Positions 1 through 8,949 of a stretch of 32,000 nt of DNA are shown here, piece after piece; within the stretch, counting starts at the first letter, position 1; every line of letters starts with the position of its first letter. Source of the DNA: Candidatus Saccharimonadota bacterium (GTDB lineage: Bacteria > Pseudomonadota > Gammaproteobacteria > Enterobacterales > Enterobacteriaceae). The position numbers were made by a program, and so were the translations under genes. The stretch lies in the NCBI RefSeq assembly GCF_000185985.2, contig NC_014909.2, positions 240,001-272,000 of the forward strand, given 5' to 3'. The notes beneath the pieces were generated by a model that saw only the letters and a list, made by a program, of their open reading frames with translations, was not told where the DNA came from and did no database searches.

Positions 1-420
1 GAACGGCAGTTCGTCAATTATTATAAGAAAGCTGCCCGTATTAAAGGAAATACTGGTGAAATTTTATTGCAATTATTAGAAAGTAGATTAGATAATGTTG
101 TATATCGTATGGGGTTTGGCTCGACAAGAGCTGAATCAAGGCAGTTGGTTAGCCATAAATCTGTTGTAGTAAATGGCCGTGTTGTAAATATACCATCTTA
201 TCAGGTTATGTCAGATACTGTTATTCAAATAAGTACTCGATCTAAACATCAAACTAGGATTCATGCTGCTTTAGAAATTGCTGAACAACAACGGGAGCGT
301 GTATTGTGGATTGAAGTTGATTCTATAAAATTAAAAGGTTTTTTTAAACGACGGCCTGAACGCAGTGAATTATCTGCAAATATTGATGAACATTTAATTG
401 TTGAATTATATTCAAAGTAA
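1..420 (+). CDS. rpsD: 30S ribosomal protein S4, 3' part (5' end lies upstream of the window)
   Basis: Frame 1 is open from base 1 ([40 protein letters not shown]...[10 protein letters not shown]). It is colinear with the C-terminal ~140 aa of E. coli S4. rpoA and rplQ follow, as in the alpha operon. Confidence 0.97.
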   Translation, partial: ERQFVNYYKKAARIKGNTGEILLQLLESRLDNVVYRMGFGSTRAESRQLVSHKSVVVNGRVVNIPSYQVMSDTVIQISTRSKHQTRIHAALEIAEQQRERVLWIEVDSIKLKGFFKRRPERSELSANIDEHLIVELYSK

Positions 421-460
421 ATTCAACTCAGTATTAGATTGAGATTGCACAGAGGTAATT

Positions 461-1465
461 ATGCAGAGTCCTGAAAAGGAGTTTTTAAAACCGAGGTTAA
501 TAAATATAGAAAAAATTTCTGAAGTACATGCCAAAATTACTTTAGAACCGTTAGAAAGAGGTTTTGGTCATACGTTAGGGAATGCCTTACGTCGTGTTTT
601 GTTATCTTCTATGCCTGGATGCGCAGTAACAGAAGTTGAAATTGACGGAGTGTTACATGAATATGGGATAAAAGAAGGTATTCGGGAGGATGTTTTAGAA
701 ATTTTGCTTAATTTAAAGACATTGGCAATTGCAATTGAAGGCAAAGATAGTATGATATTATCTTTAAAGAAATCTGGAGTGGGTCCGGTAGTGGCAAGTG
801 ATATTTTGTATGATAGCAGTATTGTTAAAATAGTTAATCCAGCACATGTTATTTGTGTTATAACAGATGATCATGCAATTTTAAGTATGCGTATTAAAGT
901 TCAACGTGGTAGAGGTTATGTGCCAGCTTTTTCTAAGTTTAATTCTATTCTTGATGAACAGCAGACGGCAATACCAATCGGCCGATTGGTATTAGATGCA
1001 TGTTATAGTCCTGTAGAAAGAGTGTCTTACACTGTAGAGGCAGCTCGAGTTGAAAAGCGTACAGATTTAGATAAATTAATTATTGATATGGAAACAAATG
1101 GAACAATAGATCCTGAAGAAGCTATTCGCCGAGCCGCTACTATTTTATCTGATCAATTATCTACATTTATTGATTTAAATAATGTTTATCAACCTGAAAT
1201 TAAAGAAGATAAGCCAGAGTTTGATCCTGCTTTATTACATCTTGTTGATGATTTAGAATTAACTGTACGTTCAGCGAATTGTTTAAAAGCTGAATCTATT
1301 CACTATATAGGAGATTTAGTTCAAAAGACAGAGGTAGAGTTATTAAAAACTCCTAATTTAGGAAAAAAATCTTTAACTGAAATAAAAGATGTATTGGCTT
1401 CTAGGGGATTATCTTTGGGTATGTGTTTAGAAAAATGGCCTCCAAAAAGTTTTACTGATCGGTAA
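461..1465 (+). CDS. rpoA: DNA-directed RNA polymerase alpha subunit
   Basis: 334-aa ORF with full-length similarity to E. coli RpoA (329 aa): LKPRL..., [12 protein letters not shown], and the C-terminal domain [14 protein letters not shown]...IGDLVQ. Alpha-operon context. Confidence 0.98.
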   Translation: MQSPEKEFLKPRLINIEKISEVHAKITLEPLERGFGHTLGNALRRVLLSSMPGCAVTEVEIDGVLHEYGIKEGIREDVLEILLNLKTLAIAIEGKDSMILSLKKSGVGPVVASDILYDSSIVKIVNPAHVICVITDDHAILSMRIKVQRGRGYVPAFSKFNSILDEQQTAIPIGRLVLDACYSPVERVSYTVEAARVEKRTDLDKLIIDMETNGTIDPEEAIRRAATILSDQLSTFIDLNNVYQPEIKEDKPEFDPALLHLVDDLELTVRSANCLKAESIHYIGDLVQKTEVELLKTPNLGKKSLTEIKDVLASRGLSLGMCLEKWPPKSFTDR

Positions 1466-1517
1466 TAGCAATAAATTTAATTTCATTTAATATAATTTAA
1501 AGTTAGAAAATTTTGTT

Positions 1518-1892
1518 ATGAAACATCGCAAAAAAATTTTTAAATTAAATAAAAATAGTTCTCATCGAAAAGCTATATTTAAAAATATGGTAATTTCATT
1601 GATTACACATACTATAATTAAAACTACTTTATCTAAAGCTAAAGTATTGCGACAAATTGTTGAACCTATAATTACTAGAGGTAAACTAGATACAGTTTCA
1701 AATAGGAGATTAGTTTTTTCTAAAATTAGAAATGATGATGTTGTTAGTAAGTTATTCACTAAGGTTAGTCCTCATTTTTTGAATAGATCTGGAGGATATA
1801 CTCGCATATTAAAATGTGGTTTTAGAAAAGGTGATAATGCGCCTATGGCATATATAGAATTGATTGACAGAAATAAAATTTCACAATCATAA
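1518..1892 (+). CDS. rplQ: 50S ribosomal protein L17
   Basis: 124-aa [19 protein letters not shown]...[24 protein letters not shown] matches E. coli L17 end to end. Confidence 0.97.
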   Translation: MKHRKKIFKLNKNSSHRKAIFKNMVISLITHTIIKTTLSKAKVLRQIVEPIITRGKLDTVSNRRLVFSKIRNDDVVSKLFTKVSPHFLNRSGGYTRILKCGFRKGDNAPMAYIELIDRNKISQS

Positions 1893-1907
1893 AATTAAAT
1901 TTTTTTT

Positions 1908-2942
1908 TCATTTTAGCACAGCATTAATAGGAAACCATAACGAGTATGAATTTAAAAGACATTTAACAGGGGTTTTTTTCTTACCTGGTATTTGTAATAT
2001 GGTAAGTATAATTGTGCCATTTCCGGTAGCAACATAAATCCCCTTGGAATTGATTTTTAATATGGTTCCAGGAGTAAGAAAAGAATATGAATGTAGGTTA
2101 TCATTTCTTAGTAAGGAATGAAAAGGATGAGAAGGGTGAGGCTTGGTGGTGGTGATAGAAGAATTATTATTGATTTCGGCCCCCCATACCTTGATACGTT
2201 TTGTTTTTAACTGAAAGTAACTGATGGGCCATGGATTAAAAGCTCGAATACGCCTTTCTAACTCCTCTGCTGAATTTTTCCAATTAATACGAGCTTCTAA
2301 CTTACTTACTTTAGGTGCGTAAGTTGCATATAACGGATTTTGAGGTATGTTTTTGCATGTGCCCATTGTTATATGGTGCATTGTTTGTAATAGTGCTACA
2401 GATCCTATATAAGCTAATTTCTTGCAAAGAGAATAGCTAGTCTCTTTTGGTAAAATCTTACAGGATTGAGTATATAAAATATTACCAGTATCTATCCCAG
2501 AGTCTATTTGGATAATAGATATTCCTGTTATAATGTCTCCGTGTTCTAATGCTCTCTGTATTGGAGCAGGCCCCCTCCAACGCGGTAATAATGAACCATG
2601 TACATTGATGCATCCTAACTTAGGAATGCTTAATATTTCTTTGCTTAAAATTAAACCATACGATACAACTATTATTATATCTATGTTACGGTGTTTGATT
2701 ATTTGTAAGATTTGAAACATAGATAGAGTGTTGGATTGAAATAAAGGTAAGTTGTACGTTCGTATTATATGATATATTGAGAAATAATGTTGTGTTTTTT
2801 TATTTAGAATTTGGGGTTCTTGAGTAAAGATTGCAATTATTGTATGTGCAGAACAATTTATTAATGTGTATAAATGATATGCAGCAAATTCGCCTGTTCC
2901 AAAAAAAACGATACGTAATATTTGTTGTAGTTGAAATTTCAT
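1908..2942 (-). CDS. fmt: methionyl-tRNA formyltransferase (with a lineage-specific ~26-aa insertion in the C-terminal domain)
   Basis: 344-aa ORF with motifs INVHGSLLPRWRGPAPIQRA and RAFNPWP. It lies downstream of def, as in the def-fmt operon. Confidence 0.95.
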   Translation of the reverse strand: MKFQLQQILRIVFFGTGEFAAYHLYTLINCSAHTIIAIFTQEPQILNKKTQHYFSIYHIIRTYNLPLFQSNTLSMFQILQIIKHRNIDIIIVVSYGLILSKEILSIPKLGCINVHGSLLPRWRGPAPIQRALEHGDIITGISIIQIDSGIDTGNILYTQSCKILPKETSYSLCKKLAYIGSVALLQTMHHITMGTCKNIPQNPLYATYAPKVSKLEARINWKNSAEELERRIRAFNPWPISYFQLKTKRIKVWGAEINNNSSITTTKPHPSHPFHSLLRNDNLHSYSFLTPGTILKINSKGIYVATGNGTIILTILQIPGKKKTPVKCLLNSYSLWFPINAVLK

Positions 2943-2982
2943 AAATTTTATGTAAATTTGTTGAATAGTTTAAATAAAAAAT

Positions 2983-3489
2983 TTATTTATTTAATAATTT
3001 AGTCCATTTTTGGATTTTTTTATTAATTCTTTTAATTTTAAGTGGAGATAAATAATCAATAAATAACTTACCTAGTAAATGATCTATTTCATGTTGAATA
3101 CAAACTGATAATAAATCAGTTGCTGTTATTTCAAATATATTTCCATCTTGATTTAATGATCTAACTATTATTTGTTTTGATCTAGGAATAGATTCTTTAA
3201 TTTTTGGAATAGACAAACATCCTTCTACAGTATGAATAATACCTATTTTTTTTATAATAATGGGATTAATAAATACTAAACGTTGTGTAATATTTTGATA
3301 TAAATCAATAACAATTATTTGTTGATCAATATCAACTTGTGTTGCTGCTAAACCAATCCCTTGTTGAGCGTACATAGTGTCAAACATATCGAATATTATT
3401 CGTTTAGTATGTTTTGAAATTTTAGAAACAAACTTTGCAGTTTTTCTAAGTCTTTTGTCTGGGTAATGTAGTATTTTTAATATAGACAT
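2983..3489 (-). CDS. def: peptide deformylase
   Basis: Motifs GIGLAATQ, EGCLS and QHEIDHL are present. The ORF track starts at a TTG at 3510. The ATG at 3489 (MSILKILHYPDKRLRK) aligns with the E. coli N-terminus (MSVLQVLHIPDERLRK) and gives 168 aa. Confidence 0.93.
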   Translation of the reverse strand: MSILKILHYPDKRLRKTAKFVSKISKHTKRIIFDMFDTMYAQQGIGLAATQVDIDQQIIVIDLYQNITQRLVFINPIIIKKIGIIHTVEGCLSIPKIKESIPRSKQIIVRSLNQDGNIFEITATDLLSVCIQHEIDHLLGKLFIDYLSPLKIKRINKKIQKWTKLLNK

Positions 3490-3834
3490 AGTATCTGTTT
3501 TGGTTGACAAAAAACATCAAAAAATTTTAAAAATTTGTTTCAATAAATTAACATATATTTATGATTTTGAATATAAAAAATATAGAATGAAATTACGTAT
3601 TTGTATTAGTTTATTTTAAGATTAAAATATAAATTTTTAATAAATAAAAATTTTTATTTTATATAATAATAATGTTTTTGATAGAATAATAAATTTATTA
3701 ATAAAAATAGATACACATGCATTAAATAATTAAACATTTTTATTTTTATAAAATAAAATATATAAGATATGGCGTTATGCTGACTATCTATTGACACAGT
3801 CATATTTTTGCAACACACTTTAATATATTAAAAA

Positions 3835-4410
3835 ATGATAATTAATTCTATTACTGAATATAGTATTAAAAATTTATCTATGCAGTTGAAAAAGAATAGA
3901 GTGATAATATATCCAACAGAATCAGTATTTGGGTTAGGATGTAATCCTGATAGCGAAAGTGCAATACGTACTTTATTAAAAATAAAGCGTCGATCATGGA
4001 AAAAAGGGTTAATTTTGGTTGCTGCTAATTATTCTCAACTTTTAAAATATGTTGATGATCGATTATTAAGTGATAATCAACGATTACTAGTTTTTTCTAC
4101 TTGGCCAGGACCGGTAACATGGGTATTTCCAGCTCGAGTTGGTACTCCATATTGGTTAACTGGCCAATTTTCTTCTATCGCGGTACGAGTAAGTGATTTT
4201 AAACCAATACGGTATCTTTGTTTAGATTTTGGAAAACCTTTAGTATCTACTAGTGCAAATTTATCGGGATATCCTCCTGCTCGTACTGTCATAGAAGTTC
4301 ATAATCAATTTAGGTATTATAACTTACCTATAATGCATCACAATGTGTTAGGATTACCTTGCCCTTCAGAAATTCGAGATGTTGTTTCTGGAAGAATTAT
4401 TCGTAAATAA
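3835..4410 (+). CDS. tsaC: threonylcarbamoyl-AMP synthase (t6A tRNA modification)
   Basis: 191-aa ORF. YPTESVFGLGCNP, WPGPVTWVF and KPLVSTSANLSG match E. coli TsaC/YrdC. aroE follows, as in E. coli. Confidence 0.93.
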   Translation: MIINSITEYSIKNLSMQLKKNRVIIYPTESVFGLGCNPDSESAIRTLLKIKRRSWKKGLILVAANYSQLLKYVDDRLLSDNQRLLVFSTWPGPVTWVFPARVGTPYWLTGQFSSIAVRVSDFKPIRYLCLDFGKPLVSTSANLSGYPPARTVIEVHNQFRYYNLPIMHHNVLGLPCPSEIRDVVSGRIIRK

Positions 4411-4424
4411 TTTTATTTGTATGT

Positions 4425-5339
4425 ATGGAGGTCAAATTGAGTGCTTTTGCCGTTTTTGGAAATCCAATCAAACATAGTAAATCAGCAGAAATTTATTCTT
4501 TATTTGCAAAAGAAATAGGAATCTCTAGTAAATATGATTTAAGGTTAGTATCTAAAATAGAAGATTTTGATATTGTTGTACGTAATTTTTTTGATACAGG
4601 AGGATTAGGAGCAAATTTTACTGTTCCTTTTAAAGAACGCGCCTTTTTTTTATGTAATCAATTAACTGATCGAGCGCTTATGGCTAACGCTGTAAATACC
4701 ATAAAAAAAAGATCTGATAATTCTTTATTAGGAGATAATACAGATGGAATAGGATTGATGAATGATTTAAAACGTTTATGTTGGCTTGATTTTGATGATT
4801 CAATTATTGAAATGAATGAAAATAAAAATTTGTCTAGTCGAAAAAGTGATACTCATATTTTATTAATTGGAGCTGGAGGTGCTGCAAGAGGTATTATTCC
4901 GATGTTATTAAATATTAAAGGGTGCTACATTAATGTAGTAAATAGAACTTTATTGAATGCTCAAAAATTAGTTTATTATTATCATAGCATAGGATGTCAA
5001 AATATATCTTATATTGATATTAATAAATTAAAATTCCATCATGGATATAATATAAAAAAATATGATCTTATTATTAATGCTTCTTCTAGTAGCATGAGTC
5101 ATGTTATTCCAATGATTCCATCGTTTTTAGTTAGTTGTTTTACTAAATGTTATGATGTTTTTTATCAAAATCAAGATACTGTATTTATAACATGGTGTAA
5201 AAAACATGGATCAAATTATTGTTCAGATGGATTAGGGATGCTGGTAGAGCAAGCAGCATATGCATTTTATTTGTGGCATAATATATTTCCTTCTGTTAAA
5301 TCGGTAATTGATTTTTTAAAATCAAAAAATTATGTATGA
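4425..5339 (+). CDS. aroE: shikimate 5-dehydrogenase (with an ~18-aa insertion before the NADP-binding GAGGA loop)
   Basis: 304-aa ORF. FAVFGNPIKHSKS, LGDNTDGIG, LLIGAGGAARG and DGLGMLVEQAA are colinear with E. coli AroE (272 aa). Confidence 0.93.
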   Translation: MEVKLSAFAVFGNPIKHSKSAEIYSLFAKEIGISSKYDLRLVSKIEDFDIVVRNFFDTGGLGANFTVPFKERAFFLCNQLTDRALMANAVNTIKKRSDNSLLGDNTDGIGLMNDLKRLCWLDFDDSIIEMNENKNLSSRKSDTHILLIGAGGAARGIIPMLLNIKGCYINVVNRTLLNAQKLVYYYHSIGCQNISYIDINKLKFHHGYNIKKYDLIINASSSSMSHVIPMIPSFLVSCFTKCYDVFYQNQDTVFITWCKKHGSNYCSDGLGMLVEQAAYAFYLWHNIFPSVKSVIDFLKSKNYV

Positions 5340-5496
5340 CGTAAATAAATAAAAGTTTTTTATCTTTTTGTATACGTAAATGTATATTGAATATGAATAT
5401 AATAAAATTAATGATTTGATTTATGTTCAAAAAAAGAGGATAATAGAAAGAGCCATAATATTTTTTAAAAGGTCGGGTTGATATTGAATGATTTTT

Positions 5497-5616
5497 AACT
5501 TGGTGGCATTAGCGCGATAGAACCACCTGATTCCATTTCGAACTCAGAAGTTAAATGTCGTGGTACCGATGGTAGTGTGAGGAATCCTCATGCGAGAGTA
5601 GGGGGCTGCCAAGTTG
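5497..5616 (+). rRNA. rrf: 5S ribosomal RNA, not adjacent to any 23S or 16S gene in this window
   Basis: 120 nt align position for position with E. coli 5S (…TAGCGCG.T.G..CCACCTGA..CCAT..CGAACTCAGAAGT.AAA…CCGATGGTAGTGTG.GG…C.CATGCGAGAGTAGGG..CTGCCA.G…). Helix I is kept by complementary ends (aacttggtggc / gctgccaagtt). This is the GC-richest patch of the spacer. Confidence 0.93.
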
Positions 5617-5829
5617 TTTCTATAAAAATGGGGTATGTTAATTAAAATATTTTTATTCTGATTATTACAGTATAATGTGAAATCTGAATTTTATTAACGA
5701 AATCAATGGAGTTTAAGGTTGGGAAGTATGTTCTATATTATAGAAAATATAATTTAAGAATTCATGTTTATAATGATGTGTTTGGTGTATTACATTATGT
5801 GTATTTAAATGCATCGATTATTGAAATTT

Positions 5830-6600
5830 TTATGGGTATAAATCCTTTTTATTTCTTAGGTTTCTGAAAATTTTCCATTCTTTTCCTGTTTTAGGAAAAC
5901 AATTTAACGCATATTTTAAGTTTTTGTTGTTATTATTACAACGGAAAAAAAGATTAATTTTTAGTTCTAATGCTAATGTCATTGGGGCAAAGATTCTTTG
6001 TTGTCTTCTGTGTAATGTGGTAATTTTTTTATTATACTTAACAATTTCTGGATCTTCAGGTAATATAGAAAGTGCGAAATTAAGGTTTGATAAAGTATAT
6101 TCATGCCCAGGGTAAAGTTCGGTATTTTCTGGAAAGCATTGAATTTTTAAAAAAGATTGATACATATGTCTTATTAACCCAGTTTGGACCTTTCCACACC
6201 CAGCAGAAAATAAAGTATCTCCAGTAAATAACCAAGAGTTGTAATAAAATCCAATATGATTCAGTGTGTGTCCTGGCAAACCGATCACCATAACTTTTTT
6301 ATTTAGTAAAAAAAATTCGTCTTTATCTGAAACTGTTACTAGTTTAGTACCTGTATTGAGGATATCTATAGGGCCATAGATTTGAACGTTTGGAAAATGT
6401 TTTATTAACTCATATATACCGTTAATATGATCATGATGATTATGAGTTAATAATATTGCTTTTAAAATAAGTTTTAATTTATTAAGTATTTTTAATACTT
6501 GTACAAACTCTCCAGGATCAACTATTATGCATTCATTTAATTGATTATATATCACCCAAATATAATTAGTTTTTAAAGTGAGAATTGTAATAATTTTCAT
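5830..6600 (-). CDS. gloB: hydroxyacylglutathione hydrolase (glyoxalase II)
   Basis: 256-aa ORF with the metallo-beta-lactamase motif LLTHNHHDHINGI and GHT..H. Length and order are as in E. coli GloB (251 aa), next to rnhA-dnaQ. Confidence 0.92.
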   Translation of the reverse strand: MKIITILTLKTNYIWVIYNQLNECIIVDPGEFVQVLKILNKLKLILKAILLTHNHHDHINGIYELIKHFPNVQIYGPIDILNTGTKLVTVSDKDEFFLLNKKVMVIGLPGHTLNHIGFYYNSWLFTGDTLFSAGCGKVQTGLIRHMYQSFLKIQCFPENTELYPGHEYTLSNLNFALSILPEDPEIVKYNKKITTLHRRQQRIFAPMTLALELKINLFFRCNNNNKNLKYALNCFPKTGKEWKIFRNLRNKKDLYP

Positions 6601-6802
6601 TGAGGTTATTATTCAGAATAAAAATATTTATTTTTTAAATTTAGTTAAGTTACAATACTATCGTAATAGTGTTAGCAAAGTTTTAATGTGTGTAATGATT
6701 GCGCCTTTAAATATATTAAATCTTTTTTAAATTTAAGATATAAATGAAATTTTTGTAAAGGTATTTTTATACTTTTTTAAAATTATAAGAAATTATTTTA
6801 AT

Positions 6803-7297
6803 TTAAGTGATGATATTATTATCATATAATATAATTGGGCTGTTATCATAATCTTTATTTAAAGGGTGTTTAGCAGCTTTTCGAGCTAATTGATCGCACC
6901 GTTCATTACTTGGATGTCCGGTATGACTTTTTAACCAATGCCAATTTTTGATACTATGAGAATGTATTGCTGAATTTAAACGACGCCATAAATCTATATT
7001 TTTTATTAATTTTTCTTCAGCAGTTTTCCAATGATGTTTTTTCCAAATGTGAATCCATTGAGTAATACCAATCAATAAATATTGACTATCACTATACAGA
7101 GTTACTTGACAAGGATTTTTAAGTGATTCTAGAGCAATAATTGCTGCCATTAGTTCCATTCGATTGTTAGTAGTAAGATAATATCCAGCACTAAATTCTT
7201 TTTTATATTGTTTATAACGTAATATTGCAGCGCAACCACCTGGGCCTGGGTTTCCAAGACATGATCCGTCAGTAAAAATTTCTATTTGTTTATGCAT
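6803..7297 (-). CDS. rnhA: ribonuclease HI
   Basis: [21 protein letters not shown]...[10 protein letters not shown]...DSQY...HAGHP.NERCD matches E. coli RNase HI. The track ORF begins at a TTG at 7327. The ATG at 7297 aligns with the E. coli start. The gene is divergent from dnaQ, as in E. coli. Confidence 0.93.
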   Translation of the reverse strand: MHKQIEIFTDGSCLGNPGPGGCAAILRYKQYKKEFSAGYYLTTNNRMELMAAIIALESLKNPCQVTLYSDSQYLLIGITQWIHIWKKHHWKTAEEKLIKNIDLWRRLNSAIHSHSIKNWHWLKSHTGHPSNERCDQLARKAAKHPLNKDYDNSPIILYDNNIIT

Positions 7298-7353
7298 ACT
7301 TAATGTATTATAGTGTAATTTAAACAAATAATCGTGGTATAAAAACAGGAATT

Positions 7354-8109
7354 ATGAATATCAATACTACAAGATATGTGATTTTAGATACAGAAACCAC
7401 CGGAATGAATAAATTTGGAATTCATTATGAAGGGCACAAAATTATTGAAATTGGTGCAGTCGAAATAATCAACCGTAGTTTAACAAAAAATAAATTTCAT
7501 GTTTATTTAAATCCCAATAGACCTGTTGATTCTGAAGCTTTCAAAATACATGGAATTAGTGATCGGTTTTTAAAAGATAAACCAGTTTTTTCAGATATTT
7601 CAAATAAATTTTTATCATTTATTTGTGGTAGTAATTTAGTTATTCATAATGCATCATTTGATGTTGGTTTTTTAAATTTTGAATTAAGAGAAACAAATTT
7701 GAAGTATAAAACTCTTGAAACTTATTGTTCTATTATTGATAGTTTAAAGTTAGCTCGTAATTTATTTCCAGGTCAACGTAACAGTTTGGATGCATTATGT
7801 GAACGTTATTTTATTGATATTAGTCAACGTAATTTGCACAATGCATTAATTGATGCTCAGATTTTGGCTTATGTGTTTTTAGCCATGACTGGGGGTCAGA
7901 CAGAAATGCAATTAACTAATGATATTATAAATTTGGATAAAAATACATCTGTTCTTAGTGATATGCAACGCTCATATAATGTAGATACTCAAGAAATAAA
8001 GTCTTTAAATATTATTTATGCTACTGTAGAAGAAAAGACAAATCATAATAGATATTTAGAATTAATAGAAAAACAGAGTGGTAAATGTTTATGGAAGAAA
8101 TGTAATTGA
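7354..8109 (+). CDS. dnaQ: DNA polymerase III epsilon (proofreading 3'-5' exonuclease) subunit
   Basis: 251-aa ORF. All three exonuclease motifs are intact: ExoI LDTETTG, ExoII HNASFDVGFL, ExoIII HNALIDAQILAYVF. Confidence 0.95.
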   Translation: MNINTTRYVILDTETTGMNKFGIHYEGHKIIEIGAVEIINRSLTKNKFHVYLNPNRPVDSEAFKIHGISDRFLKDKPVFSDISNKFLSFICGSNLVIHNASFDVGFLNFELRETNLKYKTLETYCSIIDSLKLARNLFPGQRNSLDALCERYFIDISQRNLHNALIDAQILAYVFLAMTGGQTEMQLTNDIINLDKNTSVLSDMQRSYNVDTQEIKSLNIIYATVEEKTNHNRYLELIEKQSGKCLWKKCN

Positions 8110-8180
8110 TAATATGTTGTTTTGTAAAAAAGTATAAATATCATTAAATTTATGGTGTTTTTATTTTATAGAAATTAGAG

Positions 8181-8209
8181 TTGAATCATATTTATTCTAT
8201 ATATAGAAT
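8181..8209 (+). promoter_or_regulatory. candidate sigma70 promoter for gmhA (-35 TTGAAT 8181-8186, 17-bp spacer, -10 TAGAAT 8204-8209)
   Basis: The hexamers and spacing are seen directly, about 43 nt upstream of the gmhA ATG. In DNA this AT-rich such matches arise easily by chance. Confidence 0.3.
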
Positions 8210-8251
8210 AGATTGGATGATATGGATTTTTGTTTATTTTTGGGGGATATT

Positions 8252-8842
8252 ATGTATGGTAATTTAATTTTTAATGAATTTAATAAAATTATAGGTATGA
8301 TGAAAATTTTTTTGAAAAATAGTAATGGTGTTGATGAAATATTAATATCTGCGAAACTGATTTCAGATGCGTTTAAGCTGGGCGGAAAAGTATTATCTTG
8401 TGGAAATGGTGGATCACTTTGTCATGCTATGCATTTTGCAGAAGAATTAACTGGACGTTATCGTGAAAATAGAATAGGATATCCAGCAATAGCTATATCT
8501 GATCCATCTTATTTATCATGTGTAAGTAATGATTTTGGCTATGAAAATGTTTTTTCTCGTTATGTTAAATCTATAGGGAATAAAAAAGATGTATTGTTAG
8601 CGATTTCTAGTTCTGGGGAATCAGTAAATATTTTAAATGCTATAGAAGAAGCGCATAATATAGGAATGAAAGTAATTTTTTTAACTAGAGAAAGTAAACT
8701 AAAAAATAAATTTTCTAGTTATGTTGATGTAGAAATTTGTGCTCCTTTTTCAAGACATTTGGATCATATTCAGGAAATGCATATGAAAATTATTCATGTA
8801 CTTGTCTTAATAATAGAAAAAGAAATGTTATCTACTGTTTAA
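8252..8842 (+). CDS. gmhA: D-sedoheptulose-7-phosphate isomerase (LPS core heptose pathway)
   Basis: KVLSCGNGGS.CHAMHFAEELTGRYRENR.GYPAIAISD and the C-terminus IEKEM match E. coli GmhA. The ATG at 8252 (MYGNLI..., preceded by GGGGGA) aligns with the E. coli MYQDLI start. The track start at 8213 is an upstream TTG. Confidence 0.93.
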   Translation: MYGNLIFNEFNKIIGMMKIFLKNSNGVDEILISAKLISDAFKLGGKVLSCGNGGSLCHAMHFAEELTGRYRENRIGYPAIAISDPSYLSCVSNDFGYENVFSRYVKSIGNKKDVLLAISSSGESVNILNAIEEAHNIGMKVIFLTRESKLKNKFSSYVDVEICAPFSRHLDHIQEMHMKIIHVLVLIIEKEMLSTV

Positions 8843-8890
8843 AATATATATTTTAAACAGTAGATAACATTTCTTTTTCTATTATTAAGA
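8805..8890 (+). repeat. 86-bp perfect palindrome (43-bp arms, centre 8847/8848). The left arm is the last 36 nt of gmhA coding sequence, its stop codon (8840-8842) and 5 nt beyond. Probable 3' hairpin or terminator.
   Basis: I checked it base by base. The reverse complement of 8805-8847 (tcttaataatagaaaaagaaatgttatctactgtttaaaatat) equals 8848-8890 exactly. Pairing stops at 8804/8891. Confidence 0.95.
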
Positions 8891-8949
8891 AATCTCCATA
8901 TTTTAATTTTATTATATATAGATAGGTTTAGATTTTGTTGTTAATTTAT

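Noticed and set aside
1562-1759. 65-aa ORF antisense to rplQ. The same class includes 2533..2715 (antisense to fmt), 4077..4292 (tsaC), 5924..6115 (gloB), 12543..12812 (yajC), 14182..14544 (secD), 25475..25678 (cyoC/cyoD), 26217..26405 and 27291..27491 (cyoB), and 28667..28933 (cyoA).
   Set aside because: Each lies entirely or almost entirely inside a strongly conserved gene on the opposite strand. Their products are low-complexity Ile/Asn/Lys/Tyr-rich sequences with no recognisable motif. Such shadow ORFs are expected in AT-rich DNA with few GC-containing stop-free constraints.
3490-3510. N-terminal extensions in the ORF track for def (TTG at 3510), rnhA (TTG at 7327), gmhA (TTG at 8213) and cyoC (TTG at 26109).
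   Set aside because: In each case an in-frame ATG a few codons downstream aligns precisely with the E. coli N-terminus. The extensions are probably artefacts of taking the longest ORF with alternative start codons.
3791-3796. Perfect -35 hexamer TTGACA upstream of tsaC.
   Set aside because: No acceptable -10 hexamer lies at 16-18 bp spacing (cacact/acactt). The nearest TAATAT is 24 bp away, so I do not call a promoter.
5708-5740. ggagtttaaggttgggaagtatg downstream of the 5S gene, vaguely like the 5' half of tRNA-Asp (aspU follows rrfH in E. coli).
   Set aside because: No D-stem complement, anticodon arm or GGTTCGA T-arm can be drawn. At best it is an unrecognisable relic.
8193-8210. 18-bp perfect palindrome tattctatatatagaata upstream of gmhA, as a possible operator.
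   Set aside because: It is almost pure alternating AT, so it is self-complementary by composition. It overlaps the candidate -10 element, and nothing suggests a cognate regulator.
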